Source: Felis catus (lineage: Eukaryota). From it: a stretch of 64,000 bases of DNA. Below the pieces are notes generated by a model. The model saw nothing but the letters and a program-made list of their open reading frames with translations. It was not told the origin of the DNA and ran no database searches. A program made the position numbers and the translations under genes. Positions 1 through 10,851 of the stretch are shown here, one piece after another (within the stretch, counting starts at the first letter, position 1; each line of letters begins with the position of its first letter). The stretch is taken from positions 10,666,001 to 10,730,000 of the forward strand of contig NC_058383.1 in the NCBI RefSeq assembly GCF_018350175.1, given 5' to 3'.

Positions 1-288
1 TGCTGACAGCTCAGAGCCTAGAGTCTGCTTCAGATTCTGTGTCTCCATCTTTCGCTGCCCCTCCCCTGCTCACGCTCTCTCAAAAATAAACAAAAAACAT
101 TAAAAAATTTTGTTTTGAGACAGAGAGAGCAAGCAGGGGAGGGGCAGAGAGAGGGAGAGAGAGAATCCCAAGCAGGCTCTGTGCTGTCAGCACAGAGCCC
201 GACGTGGGGCTTGATCCCACAGACCATGAGCTCATGACCTGAGCCGAAATCAAGAGTCAGACACTTAACTGAGCCACCAGGTGCCCCC
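1..288. mobile_element. Two tail-to-tail Can-SINEs (+ 3' fragment ~1-105; - copy ~107-288)
   Basis: SINEC body (gctgacagctcagagcc...tctctc...aaaataaa) followed by a reverse-complement SINEC ending ccaggtgcccc. Confidence 0.88.
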
Positions 289-479
289 CAAAGCTCTTAA
301 TCTGGTCCAATTTATCCGTCCTTTCCCTGTCTTCTGGTACTTTCTGTGTCCTGTTAAGAAATCTTTGCCTATCTCAGTCTTTATTTATGTCTCTTAAATA
401 CTGTATTGTTTTGCCTTTCACGGTTAGACCTGCTGTCCCTCTGGGATTGGTTTTCGTGTATGACGTGAAATAAACATAC

Positions 480-990
480 TGGTCTCCCTTTGCTGCCCTG
501 ACAAATGACCACAAACACAGTGGCCCTCAAACAGCACAGATGTATTATTTTAGATTTATGGAGGCCAGAAGTCTGAAATGGATCTCTCCCGGCTAAAATC
601 AGGATGTCAGCAGGGCCGTGTTCCTTCTAGAGGCTCGGGGAAGAATCTGTTTCTTGCCCTTCTCCAGCTCCTAGAGGCTGCCCGCATTCTTTGCCTGGTG
701 GCCCCTTCCTCCATCTTCAAAGCTACCAATGTCACCCTGAGTTATGGGCACGCTGCCATCCCTGTGATTCTGTCCCTCCTGCCTCCCTCTTGCACTTGTA
801 AGGACGCTTGTGATCACATTGGGCCCGCCTGGATAATCCAGAATAATCTTCCCATCTGGAGGTCGGCTGACTAGCATCCTTAAATTCCATCTACAACCTC
901 AGTTTCCCTTTGCCATGTGTAAGCTAACATCGTTAACACATTCCAGGGATAGGGACATGAAAATCGTTGGCGGGAGGGGGGGGGGCATTG
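480..990. mobile_element. MLT1-type (ERVL-MaLR) solo LTR
   Basis: Recalled MLT1 motifs acaaatgaccacaaac, ggaggccagaagtctgaaat, gggcccgcctggataatccagaataatct; approximate ends. Confidence 0.8.
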
Positions 991-1656
991 TTCTATCAAC
1001 CATGGGTGGGTCATGATTTGTTTTTCCCTATGTGGTTATGGGGACCCAGAACCACTTGTTGTAAAGATCATCCTTGGCTCAGGGGTATTTTTTAAGTTGC
1101 TTGTGCAGATTCTAACCCTAGGGAGGAGGCCTGGCTGGCTGGGTTAGGGAGGAGACCCCGGGTGTTGGGGTGTTTCCTGGCCTACGTGTGTTGGATGTAG
1201 TTGCAGCGAAAAGAGACTAGGTCAGGGCACTGGCCTGGGAGACAGGACGCAGGAGCGCTTTCCTGCCTGTTCTGCCTAGATCGCTAGGTGACCTCAGCAG
1301 GCGCCTTCCCTCCCTCAGCCTCTGACCGCTTCTGGTCTCAGGGACCCCTCTGCCCAACACACGTTTTCGGTCACTTGGACGCTTGAATCTCATCGTCCTG
1401 TTCACTTGCTCTGTGACCATCAGCCTGGGCCTCAGTTTCCCATTCTGTGAAATGGGAATAAAGGTGGGTCAGAGGGCAACTTGAGTCATGTTGTTCCCAA
1501 GCCCTTCTCCTTGGGCCTGGCCGGGACCTCATCCAGCGGAGCCAGGCTGGGTCAGTGGCAGGAGGGCCCCAGCTGTCCAGTCGCTGGGGCCATGAGTGGC
1601 CCACAGTCAGGAGCAGGTTCTCGGCGCCATGGTTGTCCCCTGGTTCTGAACGTGCC

Positions 1657-1659
<3 letters not shown>

Positions 1660-1700
<41 letters not shown>

Positions 1701-1710
1701 GTGTGTGTGT
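1660..1710. repeat. (TG)n microsatellite
   Basis: Read directly. Confidence 0.95.
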
Positions 1711-2948
1711 AAGGCCAGGAAGTATATTGACATTGGTGTCCCTTCCCCTCCCCAGACCCGACACAGCCCTGGTCCCCTCTGCTCTGCCGAGGACAGCATC
1801 TGAACCACCTCCAAGCTTGAGGGACGATGGCCGCGCTCCAGTGTGTGCAGCTCAGGTGAGACTGACAGGCCGGTCACTCCCAGGGCTCCGGAGTCACCCC
1901 GGGCCACGGGCAGGACAGGGAAGATGCTAGCTTACAAACTGGGATCTACAGCCCTGAGCTCAGAGGCCGAGAGGTGCGAGGATGCTGAGCACGGGAGCCC
2001 CGTCTTCTGGACGGACTTGGCCCTGCTCGTCTCACAGCCTCAGGCGCCGGAGAAGCTGGGGTCATCTGGGGCCCCGGGGCTGTCCCCTGCTCCGCCCTGC
2101 GGGTGCCCCGCCCTCCGCATCCATGCCGTCTTCCCAGCTTCGGCCTGCGCCTCCCGAAGCCCCGTTGGCTGGTGGAGCCTGGGTTCCGGCTCCAGCTCTG
2201 CTGTGAGGCTCGGGCGGGTCCCTTCCCCGGGCCGGTTCTGGATGGCTGCCAGGCTCCTCGTACTCCCAGGGTGACCCCGCACCCCAAGCAAGGCCCATCA
2301 CCACCCTCTCCTGCATTGGTCAGCGGCCATATGCGTGCCGGGCTTGCTCCGCCTGGACTGGCTCCAGCGTCCTCTGGGGCCTCGCTGACCGGGTGGGAGC
2401 GGAGGGTGGGTGTGGAGGCACAGGCACAGGCCGACGGGTGCCACGTCCCCGGCCATCCCGGGCCCGCCCGAGGGGCGGCTGGCACGGGGCTCCGGGCCTT
2501 GGCTTTCACCTCAAGCTGGCAGGACTCACAGGGAGGGGGCCTGTCTCAGCCCCACCCTGCTCTGGGCTCCCTCCCACGAGGGGATTCTAGCCTCACCGCC
2601 GGTCAAGTGCAGGCAGAGTGAGCCCCCCTTCCAAGCAGGAGGGGACAAGCAGTGAGTGCCAGCTGGGAGTAGGCCTGCGCGGACGGTGGTCACGCCCGTC
2701 TGCGGCGTTCAGGGGTTGGGGAGGCACTGGGTTTCCAGTGCAGGCGTGAGTGCTGGGGTGCCTGCTGGGGCGGGGTTTGGTGAGCCTTGGCCTGGTACTT
2801 GGCCCCCCTGGGGGTCACTGTCTGGTTCCTCAGGGCAGGTGTATACGGCGAGGGGAGGGACTCTTCTGTCTTGAAAAAAAATTTTTTTAATTAAAAAAAA
2901 ATGGCTATGAAATATCTTAGGCACTCAAAAAACAAAAAAAAGAAAAAC

Positions 2949-3150
2949 GGGGCACCCGGGTGGCTCAGTCGGCTGGGCGTCCGACTTCGGCTCAGGTCAT
3001 GATCTCACGGTCTGTGGGTTCGAGCCCCGCGTTGGGCTCTGGGCTGACAGCTGAGTCTGGAACCTGCTTCGGAGTCTGTGTCTCCCTGTGTCTCTTGCTC
3101 CTCCCCTGCTCATGCTCGGTCTCTCCCCCTCTTTCAAAAATAAACATAAA
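2949..3150 (+). mobile_element. Can-SINE (SINEC_Fc-like)
   Basis: ggggcacccgggtggctcagtcgg head (A box), gggttcgagcccc (B box), CT-rich body, A tail. Confidence 0.92.
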
Positions 3151-6100
3151 AGAGAAAAGGACCTGACAGAATACGATGAACGCCCATGTACAGTCTGCAG
3201 GACTCAAGAAACAAATCTTATGAATAGAAATAAAGCCCCCAGTTACCCCCGCCCCAGCCCTGTCTCCACCCCACACACTGGCTGCTGCATGGAGCCCCGT
3301 GATGTACGCCCGGCAGGTGCCTCCCGGGCCACGCCTCGCCGCCCCTGTTTGGGCTCCGCGCCCACCGGCCCCTGCTCTCCGCTCGCCAACTCTTGGTATC
3401 ACCTGGCTTTTTGGCTTTTTGCCCATCTGATTGGGCGGGAAATGGGATCTCCTCGTGGCTCGGATTTGCATTTCCCTGCTGACTGGGAGGCCCGGCGGCT
3501 GTCCGGTCGGTCGCGTCCTCTCCTCGAAGGCTTCCTCGTCGTACCTGTCGGCTGTTCTTACCTGTCTGTCTGGGGTGCCCTCACGTCATCCTCCGTCACG
3601 TCACGTACTGGTGGGCGCTCCCAGCTTGTGATGTTCCCTGGCCTTGGCCGTCCCCGGCGACTCTCCCAAGGGCCCCATCACTCTGCCCCTTGCTGCCCCT
3701 CCGCAGGGTCCCTCGGGGACCTCACGCCAGCCCCCGCCTCCTCCCAGGTCCCACCCAGTGGGACCCTGGGTGCTCCCTCTGCACCCACACTGTTTGCCAC
3801 CAAATGCTGCTTGGCACCTCTCCCCTCTCTGTCCCCTCCAGCCCCCGCCTCTGCATGGTTCAGGCTGCATTGTCGTGTCCCTTATGTATCCCAGCAGCCC
3901 CCGGGACAGTGGCCTCCCCTCCCTCGCTCCCCCCAGTGTCCTCATCCCCTCCCGAGTGGTCTTGCCAGTGTGCACATCTGATGTGTTGCACCCCTTGTTT
4001 GACATCCTCCGTGGACCTTCATCCATTGAGGCTGATGCCTGTGTGTGGCTGAGAGACCCCGCTGTCCCTCCCAGTCTCTGGATTAACGCCCCGCCACACG
4101 CACACGCACACACTTTGGCCAGTAAATGTCCAGCTGTTTGGCTGACCTGCAGAGCACGGCCTGCTCCTTGAGGTTCCCCTGCCTGGCCCCTGGTGTGCTG
4201 GGCTCCCTATTACAGAGCTTTCCCTCCCCCCCCCCCCCCCAGGGTGTTGCTGCTGCGGCCTAAGCCCTAGGGCTTGCAGTGAGTGGTCAGGGGCCACACG
4301 AAGTTCATCTGTGGGTGCCACATTGCCCGGCACTCGGATCACAGGGTCAGGAGAGGAGGGGGGAGTGTGGGCACCCTGGCTGCTGACAGCTGAGGCAGGA
4401 GGAGGGGGAGGAGGGGGAATCACCCAGGAGAGCCACCCCTGTCATTGGGGGTGGCAGGCCTGGACCTGAAGGCTGGGCTTCGGCCAGCAGCCCGGTCTTG
4501 CCAGAGTGCCTCCCTCCAGCCAGAGGCCCCGGGTGTGAGTGGCGGCCGGGTCTCCGGAGCCGGATTCCTGGTGCCGGCCTCTTGCACGCCCGCCCCGGGC
4601 ATGGGCTTTCCACTGCCCTATTTGGCACCTTCCCCCGTTCCGTCGGGGCCGCACCCTGGGCCTCCGATTGGCGGAAAGTTCTTGGGCCTCGTCCCCACTC
4701 AGACTGCGGCCCGCCCACCCCCTTGCAGCTGAAATGGAAACCCTGAAATGCAGCCCGGGTTTGTCTTCGGTAAATGGCGACTGAGGGCGGCACAAAGGGG
4801 GCCTGTTGGTCTGAATGCCGCCCGCCCTCCTCGCCCCTCCCGCGCCCGCCTTGTCTGGGCCCTGAGTCCCTGGGGGAGGCGACGTGTGCACCCCGGGCCT
4901 CCCGAGATCTCAATAGAGAGCGGTTGTAGTGGCAGCTGCCCTTTCCCGGCGGCTCCCCTGTGCCAGGCACCGGGCGACACCTGTAGGGCGTGTTTGGACT
5001 CGCTCATCTGTGCCCCCCACGGGGCAGCGGTACCTTCACCCCGTCTTACGGGTGATGCAAGAGCCTCACGCCGGGCCAAGGACCCACAGCCACGCGTGGT
5101 GGGTTGGGGTTTGGACCCACATCGCCTTAAGCCTGTTCCCTCCTGTCTCCCAGGCCTGCCCCGCCCCCCACAGTGTGGCCAGAAGCCAATTTATCGCCAG
5201 GTCCCAGCTTTTCCCAAGAAAGCCCTTCCTTCCTCTATCCCGTGAGGAGGGCTGAGTCACAAAGGGGTGATTGGCCCCAGGCTCCTCCCCTTCTTCCTGT
5301 TCACCATGTGTTCTCTCCTCCCCTCTCCCCTTCGCACTCCCCCCCCCCCCCCCCCCCCCCGCTCTGGAGACCCTGGGGGGTGGGGGTGGCTGCCGGCCTG
5401 TCCTCCCTGGCCGTCCCCGCGTCACCACCCAGCACTGGTGGCGGGACCAAGCGAATGCAGCCGGCCCCTCTGGTTTTCTTTGTCGGCGAGGCAGCGAGGC
5501 CACGGGTCTCACAAATGCTAGCCCGGGCCCAGGGAGGCAGAGGCGGGCCGGCCCCGGGTCTGGTTCCAGCACAGCCGCTGAGCAGCAGGTGACTTTGGGT
5601 GAGTCCCTGAACTCTTCCGAGCTTCCGGCGCTCCTCCCGTGAGACGGCTCCCGGCTCATCAGGGCTTGGGAGGACTAACGAGGCCACATTCCTGCGAGGC
5701 CTGGCAGGTACATTTCTGCATCCTGGAGGCTGCTGGGACCGTCAGGGTCCGGGAGGGAGGAGGGCAACTGTGGGAGCCTCCGGAAGCCTCCCCTGGGAGG
5801 AGCGTGCTGGGGATTTGCGGCCTCGGGGGCCTTTGTCCTCTGGGCAATGGCAGGTGTGCATTCACACGAGGTTTCTGGATCATGGGCTCTGTGCCAGGCC
5901 CGGTGCTGGGACTGGGTGCTCAGAGAAGTTGTGGCCCCGCCTGGGGTTGCCCATGGGCTCCCAGGAGGCAAGATGAAGATAAACGAGAACAGTGTATGAT
6001 CTCTCCTTGGCTCAGTGTGCAGTCCTGAGGTCTCTGTGAGCCAAAGGTTCTGGGAGACTTCCTGGAGGAGGCGGCATTGGGCTAGGTACAGGGGAAGGGA

Positions 6101-6374
6101 GGCAGATGGGAGAAAAGTCAGAGCGGGGTCTGGGAGGTAGGAAAGTGTCAGGTGGGTGGTGAGGGAATGCAGGGTCATCAGTGGCAGGTGCTGGGGACAC
6201 TGTCTTAATGCCTGGGCCTTGCCTCAAAGGGCGTGCTGGCCAGCGGGCAAGTCAGACGGGCCACGTAAAAAGCCACAGCATCAGACTGTCAACTGGGCTG
6301 CTCACCACAAGCCACTCAGTCCTACGTGCTGAGGAGGTGAGCGGGGCCTCCTAGGTCTGTCATCCCCGTGGGCC

Positions 6375-6790
6375 AGTGTCATTCATTCTTTCAGCAGTGA
6401 TCTATTGAACACCTGTATTCACCGGGCACCCTTGTCAGGACTAAGGGTACCATAGTAAACAAAACAGACCCTAGTCCCCTTCCTTGATCAGTGGCAAAAA
6501 ACAAAGGAGGCTGGAGATGGGGAGGACTCGGTAGGGGTTGTAATTTCAGAAGGGGACATTGGAGCACATGCTCGAAGGACTTGAGCAACGAACATGGATA
6601 TTTGAGGCAGAGGGAATCGCGTGTGCAAAGGTCCTGAGGCTGCAGTGTGCTTAGTGTGATCCAGGAGGGGCCAGAGGCCAGTGGGGCCAGCGTGAAGTGA
6701 GCGAGGGAGGACCGTAGTGCTGGAGGGAAGAGATGAGGAGGGCTTTAAAGACCCGCACACTAACGTCTATGGGGAGCCTTCGAGGATTTT
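6375..6790. mobile_element. L2 fragment
   Basis: cattcattc...tattgaacacct...gtaaacaaaacagac...gtgcaaaggtcctgagg motifs typical of the L2 3' region. Confidence 0.65.
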
Positions 6791-6799
6791 ATTTTGTTA

Positions 6800-7330
6800 T
6801 ATGATTTTTAAAAGTTAAGATTTAACTTCCCATAAAAACCATTTTAAATGTACAGTTTGATGACAGATTTGCTACTTAGTACAAGTATAAGTTGTACGGC
6901 CATTATAATCCATTTTTAGAACCCTTCTACCTTCTGGAAAGTTCTCTCATGCCTGTGTGCAGTCCATCCCTGTTCCCACCGCCAGGCAGCCACAGATCTG
7001 CTTCTGTGTTTATGGTTTTGAAATTCCCTATAAATAAGAATCAACACGTACTGTTTTGTGTCTGATTTCTTCCAGTTAGTGTAACATTGATGAGGGTGGT
7101 CAATATTGTTTCGTATGTCGTGGTCCTTATTATCGGTGAGTAGGGTTCTCTCGTATAGATTCGCTGTTTTTCACTCACCAGTTGATGGATGTTTGGGTGT
7201 TTCCCTTTCTTGGCTATTATGAATAAAGTTGCTATGAACATCGTTCCTTTTGCAAGTTTTTGTATGAATATATGTTTGTATTCTCTTGGGCAGTTGGGTC
7301 ATGTGGTAGGTATACAGTTAACTTTCTTTT
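6800..7330 (-). mobile_element. Old L1 (L1M) 3' fragment
   Basis: AT-rich; cattttaaatgtacagttt...gttgatggatgtttgggtgtttcc...ttggctattatgaataaagttgctatgaacat. Confidence 0.75.
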
Positions 7331-7344
7331 TTTAAGTTTATTTA

Positions 7345-7680
7345 ATTTTTTTTTTTTAAATTTTTTTTTTTCAACATTTATTTATTTTTGGGACAGAGAG
7401 AGACAGAGCATGAACGGGGGAGGGGCAGAGAGAGAGGGAGACACAGAATCGGAAACGGGCTCCAGGCTCTGAGCCATCAGCCCAGAGCCTGACGCGGGGC
7501 TCGAACTCCCGGACCGCGAGATCGTGACCTGGCTGAAGTTGGACGCTTAACCGACTGTGCCACCCAGGCGCCCCAAGTTTATTTAATTTTTAAGTAATCT
7601 CTGTACCCAGTGTGGGGCTTGAACTCACAATCCCCGGATCAAGAGTCTCATGCTTTACCGACTGAGCCAGACAGGCACTC
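7345..7680 (-). mobile_element. Young SINEC_Fc (~7345-7574) inserted into the tail of an older short Can-SINE (~7575-7680)
   Basis: Target-site duplication aagtttatttaatttt at ~7334 and ~7575. Confidence 0.9.
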
Positions 7681-7795
7681 TGGGTGTTGAAATCTTGTGT
7701 TCATTTTCCATGAGGTTGTTTGCCTTCTGATGAGTGAGTGGTGAGAGTTCTTTATGTGTTCTGAATATAAGTTTTTTGTTTTTTAAATATGAGCT

Positions 7796-8010
7796 GGGGG
7801 CGTCTGGGTGTCAGTCAGTTGAGCATCTAACTTCGGCTCAGGTCATGATCTCAAGGTTTGTGAGTTTGATCCCCGCATCGGGCTTTCTGCTGTCAGCACA
7901 GACCCTGCTTCAGATCCTTTGTCCCCCCTCTCTTTCTGCCCCTCCCCTGTTCGATTTCCTTCTCTCTCTCTCTCTCAAAATGGATAAATAAACGTAAAAA
8001 AAAAAAAAAG
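7796..8010 (+). mobile_element. Can-SINE
   Basis: SINEC head, CT body and A tail. Confidence 0.9.
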
Positions 8011-9187
8011 GAAACAAATATAAGTTTCTTATTAGATGTATAACTTGTAACATTTCTCTCGGGGAGAGTTTTAGGCAGAGAAGGGGCCCAGAAGGCATGC
8101 AGAGGGGCCTCCCTCCATCTCGTCCTAATCCCAGCAGGAGGGTCCTCGGTCACACACGTGGGGCCCTGCATCAGGATTTCCTGGGTCAGAGGCCCCCCTG
8201 CTAAACTGCTGGAACAGGCCAGTTCGGCACCCCCAGGGATATTCGCCGTCCCCAGAGAGCATGCTCGTTCGCCCCTGCTGGCTCAGCGAGTCGCTAGGGC
8301 TCGGGCTCGGGGGTGTCGACACAGCCTAACCCAGCCGGAGAGGGATGTCTGCAGTTCCCCGGGGAGCGCGCTTCCTAGAGGGCCGGGTTCTGGGGAGCCA
8401 GGGAGTAGCCTCATACTCTAGCTGGTTGAGTGACTCCTGGGCCCCGGAATTCTGGGGGTGTCAGAGTCGTCCATCGGGGGATTGGCATGTTTGGTTTGGC
8501 TGGCTTCAGGACCAGACTAAGGCCGGCAGCCGTGTCTCCTGTTGGCTCGCCTGGGCGTGTAGGTGGGTGTCCCCACTGTGTGCCTGGGGGGGGAGCGTGC
8601 TTGTCTCTGCTGTTAGGGCTGTCCAGCCCCGCGTGAGGAGCGGCTCCTTCCCACGACTGTCGCTTGTTCAGCCTGCTGACCTGAGAGCCGTTCTGAGGGC
8701 ACCGTGCAGACCCCACCCCGAGCACTGTGGGTTGGCTTCTGTATTCGTCAGAACTTTTTTTTGGTTGCAAGCGACCGTGTCCCTCAAGTAGGTTTAGGCG
8801 AAAAGAGAAAAGGATGCCCGCGCGTGAGGATTTGTCGACTGGTGTAAGTGCAGAGCTCAAGTGACCATCTTCAGGCTCAGCTGGATCCAGGCCCTCCAAA
8901 TCCAGCAACTCGGCTCCGCTCTCTCCCTGTTGGCATCATTCCCTGGCAGGCTTCTCTGTGCAGTAGCTGGGATGGCCCTGTAGTCCCTGGCGTCCAACCC
9001 ACACCCAGGCAGCCCCCAAGAAAGGAAAGAATCTTCCTAAAGGTAAAGGCAGCCAGAGTCCAGGCCCTGATGCTCTTTAGGTCGTATGATCCTTCCTTAA
9101 CTAACCACAGGGGCTCTGGCCAGGCCTGGGTCATGTGTCCACTCCCCGCATGTGCGGCAGGGTCAGCCTCTAGAAGTCTTATGGATC

Positions 9188-9400
9188 GGGGCATCGGGGT
9201 GGCTCCGTCGGTTAAGCGTCCGGCTTCGGCTCAGGTCACGATCTCATGGTTTGTGAGTTCGAGCTCCATGTCGGGCTCTGTGCTGACAGCTCAGGGCCTG
9301 GAGCCTGCTTCGGATTGTGTCTTCCTCCGTCTCTCTCTGCCTATCTCCGGCCCACGTTCTGTCTCTTTCTCTCAAAAATAAATAAACCTTAAAAAAAAAT
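9188..9400 (+). mobile_element. Can-SINE (SINEC_Fc-like)
   Basis: SINEC head, CT body and A tail. Confidence 0.92.
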
Positions 9401-10661
9401 CAAAAAGTTTATAGAAGTGTTACAGATCAAGAGCGGAGGAAAGGTTCTCTGAAAGGGAGGAACATTCTGGGTCCACGGACAGGTAAGGAGGTGGCTAGAC
9501 GAGCATCTCCTACCGCCCCAGAGTTCAGCAACCAGAGGACCCTGATTTCCTTCTTCCCAAGGTCCCCGGGGGGGATGCTTTTGCCCAGAATCCTCTACCC
9601 GTCTGGCGGTGCTCTGTATCCTGTCTCCTGAGTGGACAGCGTGCTCCCCAGACAGAGCCCCGCAGCTCTGGGACAGGACAGGGCCTGGCCCCTGGTGAGC
9701 CCTCCATGAACATCGGGTACAAGAGGGGGTGTGTGCGCGGGAAAGCGGAGGGGGCGGCCAGGGGACAGCGGGTCTGTCTTGCCCGCCTCTCCTCCAGTCC
9801 CCCCGCAGCCAGCCAGCCCCCTCTTGCCGGCATCTGGTGCCCTGAGTCGATTGCCTTGGAGACGAGGCTTTCTTGTGTCAGGACGCACCTTTGTCAAACG
9901 CTGCCGCGTCTGTGTTCCTATCCTGTCCTCTGCTTGCTTGGAAAGGCAGGGGCTGTGATGGTGGAGGGCGGGCAGAGGGCATGGTAAGTCCATCCGGGCA
10001 GGGGGCCGAGGCAGGCTTAGGCGTCTGTGTGCACGAGCCCCCACCCCTGGCGTGGAGTGGGCAGGTGCTGGGAGGGTGGGCACAGGGGCTCTGGGGTGAC
10101 AGGGTGGAACCGTGATTGAATTAGGTGTCCCCCTGTCCAGCCTGCATCGGGAGAGATGTGAATCATTGGCTGGTCCTAGAGGGTCTAGGGGCCATCAAAG
10201 AGTGACACCCGCCCCCGCCCTGCCCCCGGCTGGCCTCGTGTGCCAGAATCCGTACCGGCCCGTGCTCTGTGAGCGCCACACTCAGCCGTCGGTGGCTGGG
10301 CCGACCTGTGTGGTCCTGATGGAATGCTGCAGGGGCTAATACAGCTGTTGCGACAGACCGTCCCCCCCACCCCCACCCCGCCAAGCCAGCTTGCTCCTGA
10401 CTCTCGCCTCCCGGGCCCAGAAGGTGGGCAGAGAGAGCACACCCGACCTCGGGGGCCCGCGGACCAGGACACATGTCGGGCAGGCCACACTGGGCCCACG
10501 CTTGCTGCTGCTGCTCAGGGCCTCGGTTTCCCTGTCTAGGGAAAAGGGGTGGGGTGGTCCCTGGCCCACTGGGTAGGGGGTGCAGGAATCCTGCTGCGTC
10601 ACCATCGGCGTGCCCCGACAGGTGGTGACATTGTGACACGATCCCTCTCGTCTGCCTGCAG

Positions 10662-10727
10662 GTGAATGAGGATGACGGAGAGGACGTGACCCCGCGGACC
10701 TTTATCCACACGCCGAGTGGCCCCACC
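10662..10727 (+). other. CLIP2: 5' UTR part of CLIP2 exon 2
   Basis: Acceptor ctctcgtctgcctgcAG ends at 10661; start codon in cccaccATGc context at 10728. Confidence 0.85.
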
Positions 10728-10851
10728 ATGCAGAAGCCCAGCGGCCTGAAGCCCCCCGGCCGCGGGGGGAAGCACTCGAGCCCCGTGGGCCGGACGTCCA
10801 CTGGGTCGGCCGCGGTGTCGGCTGCCGCGGTGGCCACCGGCTCCAAGGAAG
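10728..10851 (+). CDS. CLIP2: CLIP2 exon 2 coding part ([10 protein letters not shown]...TGSKE+G)
   Basis: ATG at 10728; donor AAG|GTGCGC; phase 1 matches exon 3. Confidence 0.95.

Noticed and set aside
3088..3981. 297-aa + strand ORF in intron 1
   Set aside because: Starts inside a SINE, crosses decayed L1-like sequence, low complexity, no recognisable domain.
5271..5594. Possible upstream exon ending CAG|GTGACT in frame with exon 2
   Set aside because: No in-frame ATG, and the donor sits in a MIR-like core (gtgactttgggtgagtccctgaactct).
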